This document shows positions 59,231 through 64,000 of a DNA stretch of 64,000 nt, in pieces. How positions within the stretch are numbered: position 1 is the first letter of the stretch; every line of letters begins with the position of its first letter. The position numbers were made by a program, and so were the translations under genes. The stretch lies in NCBI GenBank assembly GCA_038127095.1, contig JAYPGZ010000001.1, forward strand, positions 72,205-136,204, written 5' to 3'. This stretch comes from Candidatus Roizmanbacteria bacterium. Its GTDB lineage: Bacteria; Patescibacteriota; Microgenomatia; UBA1406; HO2-37-13b. The notes under the pieces were generated by a model. That model was not told the DNA's origin and searched no databases. It saw only the letters and a program-made list of their open reading frames with translations.

Positions 59231-60958
59231 TTAATATTCCTCAAGCGTAGAAGTATCCCCAATTGGCAACCCTAGTTCTTTTGCACGCAATACTCGTCGC
59301 ATAATTTTGCCTGAGCGAGTTTTGGGAAGTTTGTCTATAAATTCAATTTCTTTCGGATATGCGTGGCCGGCAAGATTCTTTTTCACAAATTCCGATAACT
59401 CCTCTTTTAGATGTTCTGAAGGCTTAACGTCTTTTTGAAGAACTACAAATGCTTTAATAATAGATCCTCGAATTGGGTCAGGTTTACCAATAACACCTGC
59501 TTCAACTACGGCGCCATGTTCAATAAGCGCAGATTCAACTTCAAATGGTCCAACACGTTCTCCTGACGTCTTGATTACATCATCAGCACGTCCGACAAAC
59601 CAGTAATATCCATCTTCATCTTTCATGGCTAGATCGCCCGTATAATAAAGTCGCTTATTTGCCAATCCTTTAACGCGCTCAAAATACGATTCGAATTTAA
59701 CCGGTCTTCTCCAGAGTTTTTTCATAATCGATGGCCAGTTAGGTTCAAATGCCAAATTCCCTGTTTGTCCTGTTTTGAGAATTTCTCCGTCGTCTGAAAC
59801 AATATGGGGAATAATTCCAGGGAAAGGTTTTCCCATGCTTCCAGGTTTTATGGGAAGTGTTGGAAAATTTGACATTAAAATCCCTCCTGTTTCAGTTTGC
59901 CAATATGTATCATGAAATGGTAATCCAAAGACTTTTTCTCCCCAGACAACAAGTTCCGGATTGAGTGGTTCTCCTACACTTGCAATGTGGCGAAGCGATG
60001 ATAGATCATGACGTTCAACTACAGCATCACCTGCTGCAGCAAGCATTCGAATAGCGGTTGGAGCCGTGTACCATACATTTACTCGATACTTTTGAATTAT
60101 TTCGTACCATGTGTCTGGATCAAATCGTCCTGCGTGAACAACAGTAGATGCTCCACAAGCCCATGTGCCTAAAATTTCATATACAATGCCGGTAACCCAG
60201 CCCGGATCGGCAGTGCACCAATAAACATCGTCTTCTCGGATATCAAGAACCCATTTTGATGTTAAATATTCATGTACGATTGCCTTATGAGCATGTACTA
60301 CGCCTTTGGGTTTGCCTGTAGTTCCCGATGTATAAAGCATAAAGGCATCATCATCTTGATCGGTATGCATTACGTGTAAGTTTTTAGATTGCATGCTTAT
60401 TTCATGTGAAAATCCTTTGTCGACAAGTAACACTCTTTTAAGGTGGTGTAGGTCTTTACGGACACTTTCCAAGCGTTTGGAAAGGTCGCTGGTGGTAATG
60501 AGCACTTTTGCTTGTGATTGATCAAGTCGATCAAATAGCGCCTGAGGTCCAAAAGCACTAAACATTGTGCCAGCAACAGCGCCGATTTTGAGCGTTGCTA
60601 TAAACGCGCAATACAATTCCGGAATTCGAGGTAAAAACAAAAATACACGATCTCCTTTTGTTACCCCAAGACTTTTGAGATAATTTGCGATTTGATTTGA
60701 AATTTCCTCAATTTCAAGAAATGTATATTTCTTACTTTCTCCGTTATCACCTTCCCAGTACAATGCAATTTTATTTTTTCTATCTCCGAGCGCATTTTTT
60801 GTAATCGCGTTGTATGCAGCGTTAATTTTATTGTGTTCAAACCAAACAAGCTCTTGAGTGTATTGGTCATAATTAAAGTACTTACACGCTTCATCGTAAT
60901 TTTCTAAGTTTGGGTTTTTTTTGAATTTCTCTTTGTGAATAATTTTAGGAATATGCAT
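59231..60958 (-). CDS. acsA: Acetate--CoA ligase (AMP-forming)
   Basis: YTSGTTGKPKG, WCTADPGWVTG, SVGEPLNPE, DTYWQTETGG, PKTRSGKIMRR. Confidence 0.93.
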   Translation of the reverse strand: MHIPKIIHKEKFKKNPNLENYDEACKYFNYDQYTQELVWFEHNKINAAYNAITKNALGDRKNKIALYWEGDNGESKKYTFLEIEEISNQIANYLKSLGVTKGDRVFLFLPRIPELYCAFIATLKIGAVAGTMFSAFGPQALFDRLDQSQAKVLITTSDLSKRLESVRKDLHHLKRVLLVDKGFSHEISMQSKNLHVMHTDQDDDAFMLYTSGTTGKPKGVVHAHKAIVHEYLTSKWVLDIREDDVYWCTADPGWVTGIVYEILGTWACGASTVVHAGRFDPDTWYEIIQKYRVNVWYTAPTAIRMLAAAGDAVVERHDLSSLRHIASVGEPLNPELVVWGEKVFGLPFHDTYWQTETGGILMSNFPTLPIKPGSMGKPFPGIIPHIVSDDGEILKTGQTGNLAFEPNWPSIMKKLWRRPVKFESYFERVKGLANKRLYYTGDLAMKDEDGYYWFVGRADDVIKTSGERVGPFEVESALIEHGAVVEAGVIGKPDPIRGSIIKAFVVLQKDVKPSEHLKEELSEFVKKNLAGHAYPKEIEFIDKLPKTRSGKIMRRVLRAKELGLPIGDTSTLEEY

Positions 60959-61030
60959 ATATTCATGGTAGTTAACTGCGCGCGTTTTGTCAATTGAAAT
61001 ACACAGGTGCAATTCTTATACTTATTATGT

Positions 61031-61933
61031 ATGTACGACCTTATTACCATAGGAAATGTTGTAATGGATTTGTATTTCAAGGGTACTTCTTTACCCTCAA
61101 AAGATGGTCATTTCAATTTGTCTATCGGTGGGAAATATCCCGTTGATTACTTTCATGAAAGTGTAGGTGGAAGTGGCGCAAATGTTGCAATTGGCGCAAG
61201 TAACCAAGGCTTGAGTACTGCTGTTCTAGCGAAAATTGGCGCAAACAGTTTTAAACAAATTATTTTGCAGAAATTGTTAAAGAAAATGGTTTCTACCGAA
61301 TTCTTACTTGATGATACCGATTATATGAATGTCTCATCGATCCTTTTATCGGAAACGGGTGAAAAGACAGTTATTCATTATGCCACTCCACACGAAACAC
61401 TGGAAATATCGGACACCATGAAAAAAAATTTGCTCAATACTAAGGCGGTTTTTATGGGTAGTTTGCCGGGAATTACTGTATCGGAACGAGTGCAATTACT
61501 TTCGTACTTTGCTGATGCTCAAAAAAAAGTGATGCTGGGAATTGGTGCCATGGAAATTAAAGATGGACTTGATAAGCTGACTCCATTATTGAATTGTGCC
61601 CAGATTTTGATTTTAAATGGGCACGAATATGCAGATTTGATACATAAGGAATACGAGAAGGTCGCATTTGACGCTGACTGTTCAAAAGCCATAGGTTTTG
61701 GAAAGAAAACACTTATTGTTACTGATGGTTCCAATGGTAGTTATGTGTACGATGCTGGAAAAGTACATCATCAACCTGCGATGAAGGCTAACGTCGTAGA
61801 TACCACGGGTGCAGGAGATGCATTCTGTGCTGGATTTATTGCTGCTTATGTAAAAGATGAATCTCTTGAGGAATCTATGAAAGCTGCAAGCTTATATGCA
61901 AGTAAGATTGTTGAACGAGTTGGGGCAAATTAA
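61031..61933 (+). CDS. PfkB-family carbohydrate kinase
   Basis: GGSGANVA, VVDTTGAGDAF. Confidence 0.92.
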   Translation: MYDLITIGNVVMDLYFKGTSLPSKDGHFNLSIGGKYPVDYFHESVGGSGANVAIGASNQGLSTAVLAKIGANSFKQIILQKLLKKMVSTEFLLDDTDYMNVSSILLSETGEKTVIHYATPHETLEISDTMKKNLLNTKAVFMGSLPGITVSERVQLLSYFADAQKKVMLGIGAMEIKDGLDKLTPLLNCAQILILNGHEYADLIHKEYEKVAFDADCSKAIGFGKKTLIVTDGSNGSYVYDAGKVHHQPAMKANVVDTTGAGDAFCAGFIAAYVKDESLEESMKAASLYASKIVERVGAN

Positions 61934-61976
61934 TAATGTTTGTTTGGTAACCTACGATAAGAACAGCAAAATTATA

Positions 61977-63608
61977 TTAAACTTCTTCGAGTAAGTTTCT
62001 ACCAATCATATCACGAGGAACTGATACACCCATCAAATGGAGGACTGTGGGAGCAACATCTGCCAAAATTCCTGATTGTAATCGAACAGGCTTGCCTTTA
62101 AGTTCATTACTGATTGCAATAAACGGCACAGGGTTACTGGTATGTTCAGTCGACATTGCACCAGTGGCTTTATTCAATTTTTCTTCAACATTACCATGAT
62201 CTGCAGTAATTAATACTGCATAATCTTGTTGCAAAGCTGCAGTTACCACCTGATCTAAACACGTATCGAGTGTGCTGACAGCTTTAATACAGGCATTAAT
62301 ATCGCCCGTATGGCCGACCATGTCGGCATTGGCATAATTGACAAGGATAAATTGATACTTTTTTTCCTGAATTTTCTTAATAAGTACATTCGTAATTTCA
62401 TTTGCCGACATTTCGGGTTTTTGGTTATACATTGGGACTTTTGGCGATGGAACAATGAGGTGATCTTCTAGGGGAAATGCACCTTCGCGTAGCCCATTAA
62501 AATAGAATGTTACAAAACGTTCTTTTTCACTCTCTGATACCCTCAATTGAGGAATATTATGGTCTGATAAAATTCTTCCAAGAGGCATTGCTACTCCATG
62601 TGGTGGAAACGCAACCTGCACAGGTACGTCACGTTCATATTCAGTCATTGTAATAAAAGTTAAGTTTCGAATTCGTGGACCGCGCTTAAATGGAGGCTGG
62701 ATAATTTGTTCATTGATATCTACATGTTTTTTAAAATACTTAGTAGCGTACGGATCATACGATGTAATTTTATTGGCATCTTGTTCAAAATGTTCCAGTG
62801 TAAATGCACGGGTAAGTTCGCGCGGACGGTCAATACGATAGTTAAAGAAAATTACGGTATCCCCTTCTCCTACAAGCGCAACGGGCTTGTCGTTTTCAAC
62901 AATATTTGTTGGTAATATAAATTCATCTGTTGCTTTGTTGTCATATGATTTTTTTATCGCATCCGACCAATTTGCAGCCTTTTCACCGATTCCTTGTGTA
63001 TAGCATACATATGCCTTTTCCACACGATCCCAGCGCTTATCTCGATCCATTGCATAGTACCTTCCCGTAATTGATGCAATTTTACCTCGACCATACTGTT
63101 TACATTTTTGATCAATCTGTTCAAGGAATGTTTGTGCTGACTGAGGAGGAGAATCACGTCCATCGGTAATTGCATGAATAAATACATTTTGAACATCTTG
63201 CTTTTGGCATAATTCAAGCAGTGCATATAAATGATCAATACTGGCGTGTACTGTTCCTGCGCCGACTAATCCTAGGATATGTAGGTTTTTACCTGTTTTC
63301 TTGACGTTGTTTAATGCATTTAAAAACACTTCGTTTTTATTAAATGAACCATCGGCAATAGCAAGGTTTATACGTGGTAGACTTTGGTATATTATTCTTC
63401 CTGCACCCATGTTTAAATGACCAACTTCGGTATTTCCAGGTTCAGTTGCAGGAAGACCCACCGCTTCCCCAGATGCTTTAAGTTGAGTGGTTGGATATAA
63501 GTGTAAAAATGAGTCGATATGAGAAATGGATGCTGCAGAAATTGGATTGCCCGGACCTGCGGGTGCAACTCCGAACCCATCTAGTACAATTAAGATTACC
63601 GGTGTCAT
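61977..63608 (-). CDS. gpmI: 2,3-bisphosphoglycerate-independent phosphoglycerate mutase
   Basis: LIVLDGFG, GNTEVGH, GRYYAMDRDKRW, ADMVGHTG, TADHGN. Confidence 0.96.
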   Translation of the reverse strand: MTPVILIVLDGFGVAPAGPGNPISAASISHIDSFLHLYPTTQLKASGEAVGLPATEPGNTEVGHLNMGAGRIIYQSLPRINLAIADGSFNKNEVFLNALNNVKKTGKNLHILGLVGAGTVHASIDHLYALLELCQKQDVQNVFIHAITDGRDSPPQSAQTFLEQIDQKCKQYGRGKIASITGRYYAMDRDKRWDRVEKAYVCYTQGIGEKAANWSDAIKKSYDNKATDEFILPTNIVENDKPVALVGEGDTVIFFNYRIDRPRELTRAFTLEHFEQDANKITSYDPYATKYFKKHVDINEQIIQPPFKRGPRIRNLTFITMTEYERDVPVQVAFPPHGVAMPLGRILSDHNIPQLRVSESEKERFVTFYFNGLREGAFPLEDHLIVPSPKVPMYNQKPEMSANEITNVLIKKIQEKKYQFILVNYANADMVGHTGDINACIKAVSTLDTCLDQVVTAALQQDYAVLITADHGNVEEKLNKATGAMSTEHTSNPVPFIAISNELKGKPVRLQSGILADVAPTVLHLMGVSVPRDMIGRNLLEEV

Positions 63609-63622
63609 AGAAACAATTCATT

Positions 63623-64000
63623 CTACTTGTTTGCAAGCTCTTTTTCAATCGCAAGAAGGCGGTTGTATTTGGCAACTCGCTCGCCTCGTACTGGGGCACC
63701 GAACTTAACGAAGTCGGCCTGTATCGCGACAGCCATGTCTGCAATAATCGTGTCGGTAGTTTCTCCGAGTCGATGCGAAAAAATTACTTTGTGCCCGGCT
63801 TTTTTAATAGTGTTTACGTATGTAAGGATATCGCTTACAGTTGGAACCTGATTAAATTTAACCAAGATGCTATTACATGCTTTTTCTTTAATTGCTTTCT
63901 CAAGTCGTGACTGATTTCCTGCAACAAAGTCATCGCCTACAACATATGTTTTTTCTCCTGTCTTTTCCATTATTTTTTTCCAGCCGTCATAGTCTTCTTC
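63623..64000 (-). CDS. eno: Enolase, 5' end outside the window
   Basis: VGDD, NSILVKFNQ, SHR.GET.DT.IAD, K.GAP.RGERVAKYNRLL. Confidence 0.93.
   Translation of the reverse strand, partial: EEDYDGWKKIMEKTGEKTYVVGDDFVAGNQSRLEKAIKEKACNSILVKFNQVPTVSDILTYVNTIKKAGHKVIFSHRLGETTDTIIADMAVAIQADFVKFGAPVRGERVAKYNRLLAIEKELANK

Noticed and set aside
1-64000. Additional DGR variable repeats, prophage genes or a recoded genetic code
   Set aside because: No other TR-like copy or GFRP-type C-terminus noticed by eye; no capsid, terminase or tail genes; TGA acts as stop in conserved genes such as ruvC and ruvA

Overview
This looks like chromosome from a small-genome bacterium, probably Patescibacteria/CPR (Microgenomates-like). 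That placement is inferred from gene content and from -10 boxes sitting directly before start codons; the genetic code is standard. The host backbone occupies 1-6850 (tRNA-Lys, NUDIX, ruvCAB, tRNA-Leu) and 44217-64000 (tRNA-Val/Leu/Thr/Arg, DedA, secG, uvrCAB, rsmI, acsA, PfkB kinase, gpmI, partial eno). Between them lies a ~37.4-kb integrative conjugative element inserted at the 3' end of tRNA-Leu(GAG), bounded by a 7-bp direct repeat GCACCAT (6844-6850 and 44210-44216). Its serine integrase gene is split by the att site: excision would join it in frame to a 35-aa C-terminus encoded at the far end. The element carries VirD4/VirB4/VirB6/VirB2-like genes, a relaxase-like gene, an Frpo-like ssDNA hairpin promoter, a SNF2 plus type III R-M defence cluster and a second recombinase. 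The most notable cargo is a complete diversity-generating retroelement: RT, Avd, and a 112-bp TR/VR pair with 13 differences, all at TR adenines. Its TR lies antisense to RT/avd. Its target is a cytoplasmic MoxR/AAA_5-type ATPase encoded next to a transglutaminase-vWA protein. All calls come from reading the sequence and motifs; no database searches were run.
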